From: Pyrinomonadaceae bacterium
GTDB taxonomy: Bacteria > Acidobacteriota > Blastocatellia > Pyrinomonadales > Pyrinomonadaceae
Reading direction: 5' to 3'
DNA length: 64,000 bases
Assembly: GCA_041745735.1 (NCBI GenBank)
Contig: JBGTII010000102.1
Span: 1,763 to 65,762 of the forward strand
Both the position numbers and the translations under genes were made by a program. The notes beneath the pieces are model-generated. The model made no database searches. It was not told the origin of the DNA and worked only from the letters and a program-made list of their open reading frames with translations. Shown one piece after another: positions 45,558 through 55,666 of the stretch (within the stretch, counting starts at the first letter, position 1; every line of letters begins with the position of its first letter).

Positions 45558-45827
45558 TTATCGACGCGTCGGCGAAATTCTTGGCGGTCCGGGACGGGGA
45601 CGCTCCGTGCTTGAGCCAAGATATAGAGCGGCGATGCCGCCGACAATTGCTATCAATAAAATGACTCCGACGATAGCCATTCGAAAAGCCATTTTTAACG
45701 TTTTCTTGAGCAGTAAGAAGGCAGTTATGGCAACGGCGATACAAATAAGGACGAAAACGACCGCCGCAAATGCCCCGAGTACAGGCCCGCTCGGTGCGGC
45801 GTCAAAAAATAAAAGATAGTTGGTCAT
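45558..45827 (-). CDS. small membrane protein, hypothetical
   Basis: 89 aa with two hydrophobic helices. The start overlaps the yacG stop by 4 nt. Confidence 0.5.
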   Translation of the reverse strand: MTNYLLFFDAAPSGPVLGAFAAVVFVLICIAVAITAFLLLKKTLKMAFRMAIVGVILLIAIVGGIAALYLGSSTERPRPGPPRISPTRR

Positions 45828-46024
45828 TTTCTCTCCTGTTGGGCCCTTTCGATGGCGTCAAGATCCTCGTCCGTCAGACTGGACGTTTCGCTTGGCAGAT
45901 TGTACTCCTCGTCCGCCCACGCACCAAAATCGAGCAGCTTGCACCGCTCGGAGCAAAACGGCCGAAATTCGTTACCGGTAAATTCTGTCTCTTTGCCGCA
46001 ATTGGGGCATTTTACAATAGGCAT
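45824..46024 (-). CDS. yacG: DNA gyrase inhibitor YacG (zinc-finger)
   Basis: CPNCGKE..RPFCSERCKLLDFGAW is the YacG CxxC..CxxxC pattern. The ATG at 46024 gives 66 aa. Confidence 0.8.
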   Translation of the reverse strand: MPIVKCPNCGKETEFTGNEFRPFCSERCKLLDFGAWADEEYNLPSETSSLTDEDLDAIERAQQERK

Positions 46025-46126
46025 AACGCGCGTCGAAGGAAAGATTAGCATACGGCGAAAGTAGCGAACAATCCATGCGAAAAAAACGTATTTTTGTATG
46101 AGATTTTGTGGTAAAAAAGGATTGTT

Positions 46127-47104
46127 ATGAACGATTACAAAGCAACGTTTGACCGATGGACAAAAAAGGCGACCGATAAGCTCGAAGAGATCGATTCGCA
46201 GCTTGGCCTAAAAGATAAGATCGAAGGCGGAGCCCGCGTCGTTGTCGATGCCGCCAAAACCGGTGCCGAATACGTTAAGACCGAGGCCGAGAAAACCGAG
46301 CTTGGAAAAAAGGCTGTCGATCTGACGGAATCGGCGATCGATACTGCAAGCGGAGCGGCGAAATCTGCTTGGAACGCCAGCGAACCCGTACGTGACGTAG
46401 CCGTCGATGCCGGAAAAAAAACTGGCGGCGCGGTCGTTGATACGGCTGAAAAGGCCGGTGATTTTTTTGTTGACGCCAGCGACACCGTCGGCACGAACGC
46501 AAAACGCGTTGCTAAGGTGGTCGGATTTGGTTCGAGCCTGACCTCGACACTAGATTCCGGGTTAAAGTCCGCCAAAAAAGCCGCCGATTGGGCTGCCGCA
46601 GACCCGATGCGTGCCGCCACAACCGGAGCGTCGATGGCTGTCGGCGCCGGGCTCGGGATCATTTTTACGGGCATCAGTTCGCATTGGCTACTTAACAGCG
46701 CGATCCCAACGTGGTCGGTCAAAAAGCTCGCCGAGCAGTTTGACGGCTATCTCAAACGCCGCGAGGATATGATCGTCAAAGGCCAGCTTTCTGACGCCGA
46801 CGCCGAACGCGTCAATTTTGAACGCGACATCGCCACCCGCATAGGAGCCCCGTTGCTCGGAGCATTTTCATTTGCGTCCGGTGCGGTGATGATGACAAAT
46901 GTCCTTAATCCGGCGGCGGTCACAGGTTTCCCCATCGGCTCGATCATCGGCGGCAACCCTCTACTCGAAGGCGTCTGGTTCTTTGGCAACGGAATGGTCT
47001 GCTTTAAGACAAGCTACGATTTCTTTATGATCGCCCTCGAAGGCCAAGAGGATGTGGAGAAGATGGTGAAAGAGATAAAAGGGCTACTGCCGCAGGCTAT
47101 CTAA
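46127..47104 (+). CDS. hypothetical protein: Ala/Lys/Asp-rich helical N-terminal half, hydrophobic C-terminal half
   Basis: 325-aa ATG ORF. The opposite-strand ORFs across this span are low-complexity shadow ORFs. Confidence 0.6.
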   Translation: MNDYKATFDRWTKKATDKLEEIDSQLGLKDKIEGGARVVVDAAKTGAEYVKTEAEKTELGKKAVDLTESAIDTASGAAKSAWNASEPVRDVAVDAGKKTGGAVVDTAEKAGDFFVDASDTVGTNAKRVAKVVGFGSSLTSTLDSGLKSAKKAADWAAADPMRAATTGASMAVGAGLGIIFTGISSHWLLNSAIPTWSVKKLAEQFDGYLKRREDMIVKGQLSDADAERVNFERDIATRIGAPLLGAFSFASGAVMMTNVLNPAAVTGFPIGSIIGGNPLLEGVWFFGNGMVCFKTSYDFFMIALEGQEDVEKMVKEIKGLLPQAI

Positions 47105-47143
47105 CTTGGTAATGGAAAGCTAAATTGAAACTGGCTGCATTGC

Positions 47144-49357
47144 TCAGGCCGACGCAGTCTCAGCAGGATAAAGCTTTTCAAACTCCGTATCGCCGTGGAG
47201 TATCGAGAGGTCAGGATCATTGCGTGTCCAAGTGGCGTTGCGATAGCCCGCATCCCAAGCCTTTTTCAAGGCGCCCATAGCGTCCTTTGCGTTGTTCATC
47301 GTGCAAAAGACACACGCGAGGTTGTAGAGGATCATCGTATCATCGGGTCGCAGGACCATCGCCATATCCGCTTCGCGTTTTGCCTCGTCGAATCGGCCTT
47401 GCGCCGCATAGGAATTGGCGAGAAGTACCCGGGCGCGGGCGTCTTCAGGCACCGTCTTCAAATGCTCCTCATAAATGGCTATCAAGCGATGAGTGAAATT
47501 GTTCAGCGCATCGGTTTTTCCCAGAGCGCCGAGAGCATTCTTGATCGGAATGGTCGTGTTGTAATTCTCGCCCGCATGCGCCAGGGCCTGCTCCATAATG
47601 TCAACGATCTCCTGATATCGACCAGCCTCGAAAAGGGCGCGTCCCAGCAGGTAATAGCCGCCATCCAGGCCGGGATCCCTTTCAAGCACCGTCCGGACCT
47701 TTGCCACGGCCTCATCGTACCGCCCCTTGGCAAAATCCACCCACGCCTCGGCGAGCCGTATCTCCGGAGCGTCGTTGCCGTTGGCGCTCGCTTTCTGTGT
47801 AGCGGCAATCGCCCGGTCGATCCACTGCTGCTGGCGCTCAAAATGGTAATAGTACTGGGCGCAGACATTCGCAAGCCCCGCATGAGCGAGCGCAAAATCG
47901 GGATCGAGCGCCACCGCGTTCTCGTACATTTGCAAGGCGAACTGCAGATCCTGTCGTGCAACGCGGCGGGCGTAATTTCTGCCTCGAAGGTAAAGGTCAT
48001 ACGCCTGGAGATTCTCGGTCGGCTTTGCGGCGAGAGCTTGCTGTTCCTGTGGCGAGAGCGTGATTCGAAGCGCGGCAGCGATCTTTGACGCGATCTCGTC
48101 CTGCACCGCAAAGACATCTTCCATTTCGCGGTCGTACCGCTCCGACCACAAGGGAAAATCCGTCGATGCATCGATCAGCTGCGCATTGATCCTAAGCCGA
48201 TTACCGGCACGGCGCAGGCTCCCGACAAGCACATACGAAGCTCCGATCTCGCGTCCGATCTGACTTGGGGTGACGAGTTTGTCGCGATAGGCCAACACGT
48301 TGGCTCGCGAAAAGGTCTTCAGCCGCCGTATTTTTGACAGTTCTGTCGTGATGTCCTCGGTAATTCCGTCGCGGAGGTACTCATCCTCTTTTATGCCGCT
48401 CAGGTTCTCGAAATAGAGAACGGCGATAGAATGCTCGTGAACCGCCTGCGGAGACCGTGTGCTGTGGATCGCGCTAGTCTCGCCAGAGTGACGGCCCGAA
48501 TCGAGGTCACGTTTCAACCGTTTCAGGGCCGTCTTAAGTTCAGTTGCGGTCTGAAACCTCAGATCGCGATCCTTTTCGAGTGCCTGCGCGATTATCCGGT
48601 CAAGCTCCGCTGGCAGCGACGGGTTGATCTCAATAAGCGAGGCAGGATCGCGATTGAGTATTGAATCGAAAACCACCGCCGACGTGTCACCTTGAAATGG
48701 CACCGTTCCGGTCGCCATCTGGTAAAGAACGGTACCAAAGGAAAACAAGTCTGTTCGCGCGTCGGTGACCTCGCCGCGGGCCTGCTCGGGCGACATATAC
48801 GCGATAGTCCCCATGGTCGCCCCGGCCGAGGTCAGGTCATCCGCAATTGCTGTCGGTATGTTCGACGCGGCATCAGGTTTTTGCTGTTCGATCTTGGCGA
48901 GGCCGAAGTCCAATATCTTTGCCTGTCCGCGTGATGTGACAAAAATGTTCGCAGGCTTCAGGTCGCGATGGATGATACCCTTCGAATGCGCGGATTCCAG
49001 CGCGTCCGCGATCTGAACTCCTAGTCGGAGAAGCGAATCGATGTCAATTGGACTGCGGCGAATACGGTCGCCAAGTGCCTCGCCGTCGAGCAGTTCCATT
49101 ACAATGAAATGCTGATCCTCGTATTGTTCGATCCCGTGAATGGTGCAGATGTTTGGATGATTGAGCGAGGACGCGGCCCGAGCCTCCCGTTGAAAACGCT
49201 GCAAGAGGTTTTCGTCGCCGGCCATCGCCGGGGTAAGGAATTTTAGCGCAACTTGGCGTCCCAGATTGGTATCTTCGGCTTCGTAGACAACACCCATCCC
49301 GCCCTCGCCGAGTTGTGCGGTGATGTGATAATGCGAAATGGTCTTGCCAATCATCAA
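47144..49357 (-). CDS. serine/threonine protein kinase with TolB-N-like linker and C-terminal TPR repeats
   Basis: Motifs GEGGMGVVY, HRDLKPANI, DFGLAK and YMSPEQ. The C-terminal half consists of TPR-like repeats. Confidence 0.9.
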   Translation of the reverse strand: MMIGKTISHYHITAQLGEGGMGVVYEAEDTNLGRQVALKFLTPAMAGDENLLQRFQREARAASSLNHPNICTIHGIEQYEDQHFIVMELLDGEALGDRIRRSPIDIDSLLRLGVQIADALESAHSKGIIHRDLKPANIFVTSRGQAKILDFGLAKIEQQKPDAASNIPTAIADDLTSAGATMGTIAYMSPEQARGEVTDARTDLFSFGTVLYQMATGTVPFQGDTSAVVFDSILNRDPASLIEINPSLPAELDRIIAQALEKDRDLRFQTATELKTALKRLKRDLDSGRHSGETSAIHSTRSPQAVHEHSIAVLYFENLSGIKEDEYLRDGITEDITTELSKIRRLKTFSRANVLAYRDKLVTPSQIGREIGASYVLVGSLRRAGNRLRINAQLIDASTDFPLWSERYDREMEDVFAVQDEIASKIAAALRITLSPQEQQALAAKPTENLQAYDLYLRGRNYARRVARQDLQFALQMYENAVALDPDFALAHAGLANVCAQYYYHFERQQQWIDRAIAATQKASANGNDAPEIRLAEAWVDFAKGRYDEAVAKVRTVLERDPGLDGGYYLLGRALFEAGRYQEIVDIMEQALAHAGENYNTTIPIKNALGALGKTDALNNFTHRLIAIYEEHLKTVPEDARARVLLANSYAAQGRFDEAKREADMAMVLRPDDTMILYNLACVFCTMNNAKDAMGALKKAWDAGYRNATWTRNDPDLSILHGDTEFEKLYPAETASA

Positions 49358-49529
49358 AAGGCCTCCGGGCTCATTAAGGTTGAACTATGGGTGAGCGACA
49401 ATGGTAGTATAGCCACATAATAGCGTCAAGCAACGTCAGCGTTGTCAAAAACTTGCAACGGTTTTCCTAAACTGTCGTAAGAACTTGATGACCAGACTTT
49501 TATCATCACATAGCCGTAGAGAGCGACTT

Positions 49530-50759
49530 ATGTCTGAAAACCAGATCAGTCCAATTTCATTACCCGAACGCCTTGAGATCATCGATGTGCTGCGCGGGTT
49601 GGCGATCTGCGGCATTTTGATCGGCAATATGCAGTGGTTTTCGGGTTACGGGATGATGCCGCCTGTTTTGGCAGCCCAAACGCCCGTTATCGATCAGCTC
49701 ACCCATTTTCTGGTCCATTTTTTTATTGAGGGCAAATTTTACTCGATCTTTTCGTTTTTGTTTGGATTCGGTTTTGCCTTGCAGATCGCACGGGCTGCGG
49801 AAAGGGGTGACACGCGAGCGACACTTTTCAAACGGCGCCTGTTCTGGCTGCTGGTCATCGGACTGATGCACGCCTATTTGCTGTGGGCCGGCGATATTTT
49901 GAGCATTTATGCCCTGATGGGCTTTGTGCTGATCTTGTTTCGCAAGAAAACGGACGACTCGCTGCTCAAGTGGGCTTTCGCGTTGGTGACAATCCCGATC
50001 GTAACCTACATTTTGCTCTATATTGCGTTTGTCTCTTTTGCTCCGCCCGACGTAATCGCAACGATGGATGCGGGGCAGATGGAATTTTGGACCGAATCGG
50101 TTCGTAAGGCGTCTACGGGCAGCTATTTTCAAATTCTTACCGATTTTAATCTGCAATATATCGTGGGCAGATACGCGGGATTGATCTTTCAAATGCGGCT
50201 GCCAAAGATACTTGCGATGTTCCTGCTCGGTTTTTACGCATACCGGCAAGGATTTTTTCATGATCTGCCGGGTCACGGAACGTTCATTCGCAAGGTATTA
50301 ATATACGGACTTGTTTTGGGCATTGTCGGCAACGCTACGTTTTCAGCGTTGGCGGGTAACGAGGCTCCTTTCCCGCCTTCGCTTGCAGGTGTTGGAGGCG
50401 TCATAGCCTATGCCTTTGGCGTACCGGCACTGGCTCTCGGAATTATTGCTCTAGTCGCGACGTTGTGGCAAAAAAACGCATGGCAGCGAATGCTCTCGTT
50501 TCTGGCCCCGGTTGGACGAATGGCTCTCACCAACTATCTGCTGCAAACGGTGATCTGCGTCATTATTTTTTACGGTTACGGCTTTGGGCTGTTTGGACAA
50601 ATCGGGGCGCTTACGGCGACGCTCATCGCGTTTGGCATCTTTCTGTTGCAGATCGCGATCAGCACCCTCTGGCTCAAATATTTTGCCTACGGCCCTATGG
50701 AATGGATCTGGCGACAGCTCACATACCGAAAGCGGCTAAGTTTGCGGATTGGGGCTTAA
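49530..50759 (+). CDS. DUF418 (YeiB-like) membrane protein
   Basis: RLEIIDVLRGLAICGIL.. N-terminus and a C-terminal GPMEWIWRQLTY motif. The ATG at 49530 is preferred over the TTG at 49485. Confidence 0.8.
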   Translation: MSENQISPISLPERLEIIDVLRGLAICGILIGNMQWFSGYGMMPPVLAAQTPVIDQLTHFLVHFFIEGKFYSIFSFLFGFGFALQIARAAERGDTRATLFKRRLFWLLVIGLMHAYLLWAGDILSIYALMGFVLILFRKKTDDSLLKWAFALVTIPIVTYILLYIAFVSFAPPDVIATMDAGQMEFWTESVRKASTGSYFQILTDFNLQYIVGRYAGLIFQMRLPKILAMFLLGFYAYRQGFFHDLPGHGTFIRKVLIYGLVLGIVGNATFSALAGNEAPFPPSLAGVGGVIAYAFGVPALALGIIALVATLWQKNAWQRMLSFLAPVGRMALTNYLLQTVICVIIFYGYGFGLFGQIGALTATLIAFGIFLLQIAISTLWLKYFAYGPMEWIWRQLTYRKRLSLRIGA

Positions 50760-50760
50760 C

Positions 50761-51780
50761 TTAGTTGATCTGGATCGGAAAAGGTACAAAACATAGCACA
50801 AATATGACGAGAGTAAGGAAAGCCACGGCCTTCCTTTTTGTGTCAAGCGGGGTTTGGTCCAGCGGACTCGGATGCGGAACACGCATCATCACGGCTAAGA
50901 TTATTGCAATAAGAAATCCGCTCGGGCTGCCGAAAAAATACATACCCGCGACCGACAGCGTCGCCATTATGGCGAATGCGATCCGTCCAGTCCAGTAATG
51001 TACCTTTTCACCGAACACGGCATAGATCGCGTGCCCGCCGTCGAGTTGGCCTGATGGAATTAGGTTCAATGCAGTGACAAGCAGTCCCACCCAGCCGGCA
51101 AAATAAAACGCATTACCGACGCTCACAGCGGGGTCGTGGCCGAGAGCAAAGCCGAGCAGCCGCATAAAGAGCGGATCAGCGAAAACGAGCCCGCTCGGGC
51201 TCGCAAGCTGTTCGGAGGTTGCGGGTTCCATTGTCCAAATGCCGAGGAACGCGACCGGTATCAACGCAATAAATCCCGCTATCGGCCCCGCGACGCCGAT
51301 GTCAAAGACCGCTTTTCGCGATGGCATTGGCGAGAGTATTTTGATAAACGCCCCGAACGTTCCCGCGGGTCCGATCATTGGCGGCGTCGGGATAAAAAAC
51401 GGCAGCGTCGCATCGACTTTGTAAATGCGGCACGCAATGTAATGGCCCATCTCGTGGCAGATCAGGATAAATAGCAGCGAGCACGAAAAGCTCAATCCAT
51501 ACGTCAACGTTTCCCTATCAGTAAACATCTCTTGGATCGAGTCGACCAGAAAGACCGCGTACCGCGTCGGCAGCGTAAATATAAACTGCATTACCTCGTT
51601 CAGCGTCTGCGGGTCGTCGGCGGGTACGGATGAATTTGGTCCAAACGGAAACAGGGTCCCTGCGATCGTTGCCGTGCAAAATGTCAGGGCAAGCAGCGCC
51701 AGATGCTTTGCGTAGGCAAGCGCGGTCGGCCGGGGCGGGTCGATAAAATATTCGGGAGATATCTGGTCTGGCTCGGTCAT
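50761..51780 (-). CDS. site-2 protease family (M50) membrane metalloprotease
   Basis: HEMGHYIACR (HExxH) inside a TM segment and LDGG downstream. The ATG at 51780 is preferred over the GTG at 51825. Confidence 0.85.
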   Translation of the reverse strand: MTEPDQISPEYFIDPPRPTALAYAKHLALLALTFCTATIAGTLFPFGPNSSVPADDPQTLNEVMQFIFTLPTRYAVFLVDSIQEMFTDRETLTYGLSFSCSLLFILICHEMGHYIACRIYKVDATLPFFIPTPPMIGPAGTFGAFIKILSPMPSRKAVFDIGVAGPIAGFIALIPVAFLGIWTMEPATSEQLASPSGLVFADPLFMRLLGFALGHDPAVSVGNAFYFAGWVGLLVTALNLIPSGQLDGGHAIYAVFGEKVHYWTGRIAFAIMATLSVAGMYFFGSPSGFLIAIILAVMMRVPHPSPLDQTPLDTKRKAVAFLTLVIFVLCFVPFPIQIN

Positions 51781-51869
51781 GTAATAAAAAAGATCGCAGT
51801 CCGCGCTATGGTACTGTACGAGCACCTTGCGGTCTACGATCAGTGATCTAAAGGGTCAGCCCGGGGGAT

Positions 51870-52142
51870 TTAGACAGCTTTTGCTGACAGCTCTTTACCG
51901 GGTTTGAATCTGATTGTCTTGCCGGCCGGGATCGGCACCTCTTCGCCGGTTCGCGGATTGCGGCCAACGCCGCGTTTTCGTGCCTTTACCACAAACACGC
52001 CAAACCCGCGCAGCTCAATACGCTTGCCCTGAGCAAGTGCATCTTTCATAGCCTCAAACAGCGAATCGACCACCTGCTCTGCCTTTTGCTTGGGCACGCC
52101 GGTCCGGTCAGCAACCATATTTACAATGTCTAGTTTGATCAT
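51870..52142 (-). CDS. HU/IHF family DNA-binding protein
   Basis: 90 aa; RGFGVF..RKRGVGRNPRTGEEVPIPA is the HU/IHF arm motif. Confidence 0.9.
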   Translation of the reverse strand: MIKLDIVNMVADRTGVPKQKAEQVVDSLFEAMKDALAQGKRIELRGFGVFVVKARKRGVGRNPRTGEEVPIPAGKTIRFKPGKELSAKAV

Positions 52143-52344
52143 TTATTTCCTCCAACGGCCATTAAAACCACAGAGCGAGAAAACCTAAACTAAAACGCCC
52201 CTGAATCATAATCCTCTAAGTCCGCCTATGTCAAGATTTTGCGGTGAATTTTGTGGGGCGGCCATCGCGTCTCGTTATTTACTTCGTCAGCCTCAATGAA
52301 AGTGATAAAATCATGTCAAGTTTTATAAGGAGCAAGGGGAAAAT

Positions 52345-53166
52345 ATGCGTTGGAGAGATCAGAGGCAAAGTGACAATGTAGAGGACCGGCGCGGTGGACG
52401 CGGGTTGGCGGTCGGCGGCGGCGGCATCGGCGTTGTCATACTCGCACTTGCGATCTATCTCTGCGGCGGCGACCCGAGCCAGTTGCTGCAAAACGCGCCG
52501 ACCGGTGGCGAGGTGCCCCAGCCGGGTACAGCCGCGAATAAAGTTGTGTCGCAGGATGAGAACCGCCAGTTTGCCGGTGCGATCATGGGTAATCTTGAGG
52601 ACGCCTGGAAACAGATCCTGCCCGCACAGTCGCGTGTCCAGTTCAAAGCTCCAAAGCTCGTGCTATTTACCAATCAGATCTCGTCCGCCTGCGGATACGG
52701 GACAGCGGCGAGCGGTCCTTTCTATTGCCCCGGTGACTCTAAGCTTTATCTCGATTTTGCTTTTTTTGACGAGCTGCGGCGGGAATTTAAGGCTCCGGGT
52801 GATTTTGCCCAAGCATACGTCATCGCCCACGAATACGGCCATCACATCCAAAATCTCACAGGCATTATGAGCAAGGTCCAGAGTGCGGGCGAGAACAAAC
52901 GGCTGTCCGTCGCTCTCGAATTACAAGCCGATTGTTACGCCGGAGTGTGGGCAAATTTTGCTCAAAAACAGGGCCGCCTCGAACCCGGCGACACCGACGA
53001 AGCGATACGTGCGGCGGCGGCGGTCGGCGACGACATGATCCAAAAACGAACGCAGGGCCACGTTATCCCCGATTCGTTTACGCACGGGTCGGCACAGCAG
53101 CGGATGCAGTATTTTGCAACAGGATTTAAGTCCGGCGATATGCGGCAATGCCAGACGTTTCGGTAA
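52345..53166 (+). CDS. ypfJ: neutral zinc metallopeptidase, YpfJ family
   Basis: N-terminal MRWRDQRQSDNVEDRRG, one TM segment, YVIAHEYGHHIQN and LELQADC motifs. Confidence 0.85.
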   Translation: MRWRDQRQSDNVEDRRGGRGLAVGGGGIGVVILALAIYLCGGDPSQLLQNAPTGGEVPQPGTAANKVVSQDENRQFAGAIMGNLEDAWKQILPAQSRVQFKAPKLVLFTNQISSACGYGTAASGPFYCPGDSKLYLDFAFFDELRREFKAPGDFAQAYVIAHEYGHHIQNLTGIMSKVQSAGENKRLSVALELQADCYAGVWANFAQKQGRLEPGDTDEAIRAAAAVGDDMIQKRTQGHVIPDSFTHGSAQQRMQYFATGFKSGDMRQCQTFR

Positions 53167-53739
53167 TTAAGGCGAGTAAGTCTTGCCGTAGATCTCTTGA
53201 TAAACCCAGCCCAAAAACCGCGCCTCGGCGGTGCATAGCACTTCGAGCCAGCAGCTTGAGAGATATAACCGCTTTTCGGTATTGGTCGTTAGCAGTTCGG
53301 ATTTGGCGAGAGACGAAGCTTCCATCTCCGCGGTCAGATTAAAGCTGTGTTCGAGCTCGGTCTTGGTTTCGCGGGCACGGCCGAGGGCTTCGAGTACATC
53401 GGTTATCCAGTCTTTTAACAGCGGCTCGGTGTTGTTTTCCCCAAGAGCCTGTATCGCGCCGACGGCAAATCTCGCTTCGGCGTTGTCAAACGGATATATA
53501 CCGACGCCGTTGGCCTCGTCGTCACGCTGTTTCCACTGAAACAGCTCGTCCGTATTCACATGACGCATCCGTGCTGTACGTTCGTCGTACATCAAAAACC
53601 ACTCGAGCAGGTCGGCGAGCGACCCGATGTCGGGCTGTCCGGTATCGGCGATCTTTAATTTCGGCGGCTCAGTTGCCTGTTGTTTTGCTTCGGCCATAAT
53701 AGATATTTCAGCATCAAGTGCGGCGAAAAACCAATCCAT
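53167..53739 (-). CDS. hypothetical protein
   Basis: 190-aa ATG ORF, acidic and helical. No motif recognised. Confidence 0.55.
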   Translation of the reverse strand: MDWFFAALDAEISIMAEAKQQATEPPKLKIADTGQPDIGSLADLLEWFLMYDERTARMRHVNTDELFQWKQRDDEANGVGIYPFDNAEARFAVGAIQALGENNTEPLLKDWITDVLEALGRARETKTELEHSFNLTAEMEASSLAKSELLTTNTEKRLYLSSCWLEVLCTAEARFLGWVYQEIYGKTYSP

Positions 53740-53780
53740 TTTTTTAATTATCTAAGCCGATAGATATAATCATCAATACC

Positions 53781-54773
53781 GTGAGCGAACAAACACTAGA
53801 CAGCACATACGAAGCCGAGAACATCGCCGAGCAAGCCGAGCGCGATCTGGGCTTTGGCGCGGTCGTCTCGGGGCAGAGCCGTCAGCGTTTGCTAAATGCC
53901 GATGGTACGTTTAACGTCCAACGCACGGGCCTGCCGCTGCTCTCGTCGCTCAATCTTTTTCACACGCTGCTCTCGATGCGATGGACGACGTTCCTGCTGC
54001 TCGTTCTAGCGCTTTATTTCGTGAGCAACATCGCGTTTGGCGCGGTCTATGCGACATTTGGCCCTGAGGCACTGGTCGATACTTCGTCAACGCCGATGGC
54101 AAATATGTTTGTCCGCGGATTTTTCTTTAGCGTGCAGACGTTTGCGACGATCGGTTACGGCACGATCCATCCGGTCGGCTTTGTGCCAAATCTGCTCGTC
54201 ACGATCGAATCGTATTACATCCTGCTCGCCAACGCGCTCATCACAGGGCTCGTTTTTGCACGGTTTGCACGCCCTACCGCAAAGATCATTTTCAGCGACA
54301 TCGCCGTCATCGCACCGTATCGGGATATCGAGGGGCTGATGTTTCGCCTCGTCAACGGCCGCAGCAGCCAGTTGCTCGAGGTCAATATCAAGGTGATGTT
54401 TGCCCGGTTCGTTAATGAGAACGGACGCAGCGTCCGCCGGTTTGACTTTCTCGATCTCGAACGCAAAAACGTCGCGTTTCTGCCGCTCGCCCTGACCGTC
54501 GTCCACCCGATCACCAAAGATTCGCCGATGTACGGCCTCACCCAGGCCGACCTCAACGCGACCGACGCCGAGCTGCTCATCCTCATCTCAGCCACCGACG
54601 AGACCTTTGCCCAGATCGTCCACACCCGCTCGTCCTACAAACCGCACGAAATACTCTGCGGCCGCAAATTTGTCAGCATCTACAACGAAGTCGAAGACGG
54701 CGAACCGATCTCGATTGACATACGCAAACTTTCAAAGGTGGAGAGGGCGGTGAAACAAATAGCTGATAACTGA
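53781..54773 (+). CDS. inward-rectifier-type potassium channel (KirBac-like)
   Basis: GTG start, two TM segments, pore helix with selectivity filter ATIGYG, and a beta-rich cytoplasmic C-terminal domain. Confidence 0.85.
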   Translation: MSEQTLDSTYEAENIAEQAERDLGFGAVVSGQSRQRLLNADGTFNVQRTGLPLLSSLNLFHTLLSMRWTTFLLLVLALYFVSNIAFGAVYATFGPEALVDTSSTPMANMFVRGFFFSVQTFATIGYGTIHPVGFVPNLLVTIESYYILLANALITGLVFARFARPTAKIIFSDIAVIAPYRDIEGLMFRLVNGRSSQLLEVNIKVMFARFVNENGRSVRRFDFLDLERKNVAFLPLALTVVHPITKDSPMYGLTQADLNATDAELLILISATDETFAQIVHTRSSYKPHEILCGRKFVSIYNEVEDGEPISIDIRKLSKVERAVKQIADN

Positions 54774-54809
54774 GAGTTGATAACTGATAGGTGAGAACGA
54801 AGAACCAAG

Positions 54810-55403
54810 ATGTTTACGGGTTTAATTGAAGAATTAGGAGCTATCCGATCTATCGAGCACGTAGGCGACGGAGTGAAGATCGTTGTCTCGGCTTCGCTGG
54901 TTACGTCCGACATCGCAAACGGCGATTCGATCGCTGTCAATGGTGTTTGTCTGACGGCACTCGATGTTTCGGCGAACTCGTTCGCGGCGGATGTCTCGCC
55001 GGAAACGCTCGACCGCACGACGCTCGGACACCTTGCCGTTGGCTCGCCCGTCAACCTCGAACGTGCCGTTACGCCTGCGACACGCCTCGGGGGGCATATT
55101 GTTCAGGGGCATGTCGATGGACGCGGGACTCTCATCTCGGCAACAGCGTCGGGCGATTTCTGGACGGTGCGGATCGGTTTCCCGCCGGAGCTTGCACAGT
55201 ACTTCGTCCACAAAGGCTCAGTCTGCGTCGAAGGCATCTCACTCACCATCGCCGCCCTTGCCTCGGATAATTTCGACATCGCCGTGATCCCAAAAACCTG
55301 GGAAATGACAAACCTCTCTTCATTATCCCGCGGTCACTCCGTCAACCTCGAAGCCGACGTGATTGCCAAATACGTCGAGCGGATGATGCAACTACGGGAT
55401 TGA
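54810..55403 (+). CDS. ribE: riboflavin synthase
   Basis: [11 protein letters not shown]-terminus and duplicated lumazine-binding repeats ([12 protein letters not shown] and [11 protein letters not shown]). Confidence 0.9.
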   Translation: MFTGLIEELGAIRSIEHVGDGVKIVVSASLVTSDIANGDSIAVNGVCLTALDVSANSFAADVSPETLDRTTLGHLAVGSPVNLERAVTPATRLGGHIVQGHVDGRGTLISATASGDFWTVRIGFPPELAQYFVHKGSVCVEGISLTIAALASDNFDIAVIPKTWEMTNLSSLSRGHSVNLEADVIAKYVERMMQLRD

Positions 55404-55458
55404 ATCCGGGTCAGAACCGGGAGCGGTAGCGGCTGGGTTTTTGATACTATTCATTTTT

Positions 55459-55638
55459 ATGGACGATAAATACCAGATCAGCAAACCCAAAAAGCCGCAA
55501 AACCGAACCGAGGAATTGCAGCTTCAGATCGAAGACCTCGTTAAGCTCCGCGACAAGTCAAATAACCTCGCCGAAAAACAAAAACTCAACGCCGAGATCA
55601 CCAAGCTATTTGCCCAATACGAGCGGTCAAAGATATAA
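55459..55638 (+). CDS. small coiled-coil hypothetical protein
   Basis: 59 aa from the ATG at 55459, Lys/Glu-rich. Weak support. Confidence 0.35.
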   Translation: MDDKYQISKPKKPQNRTEELQLQIEDLVKLRDKSNNLAEKQKLNAEITKLFAQYERSKI

Positions 55639-55666
55639 GCGGTAACGGCTAGATCACCTCCGCGTT

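Noticed and set aside
54774-54809. FMN (RFN) riboswitch upstream of ribE.
   Set aside because: The intergenic gap is only 36 nt, far too short for the element.
55404-55440. Intrinsic terminator after ribE.
   Set aside because: The stems are short (4-5 bp). The segment matches the GTCAGAACC repeat family better than a canonical hairpin plus T-tract, although TTTTT does follow at 55437-55441.
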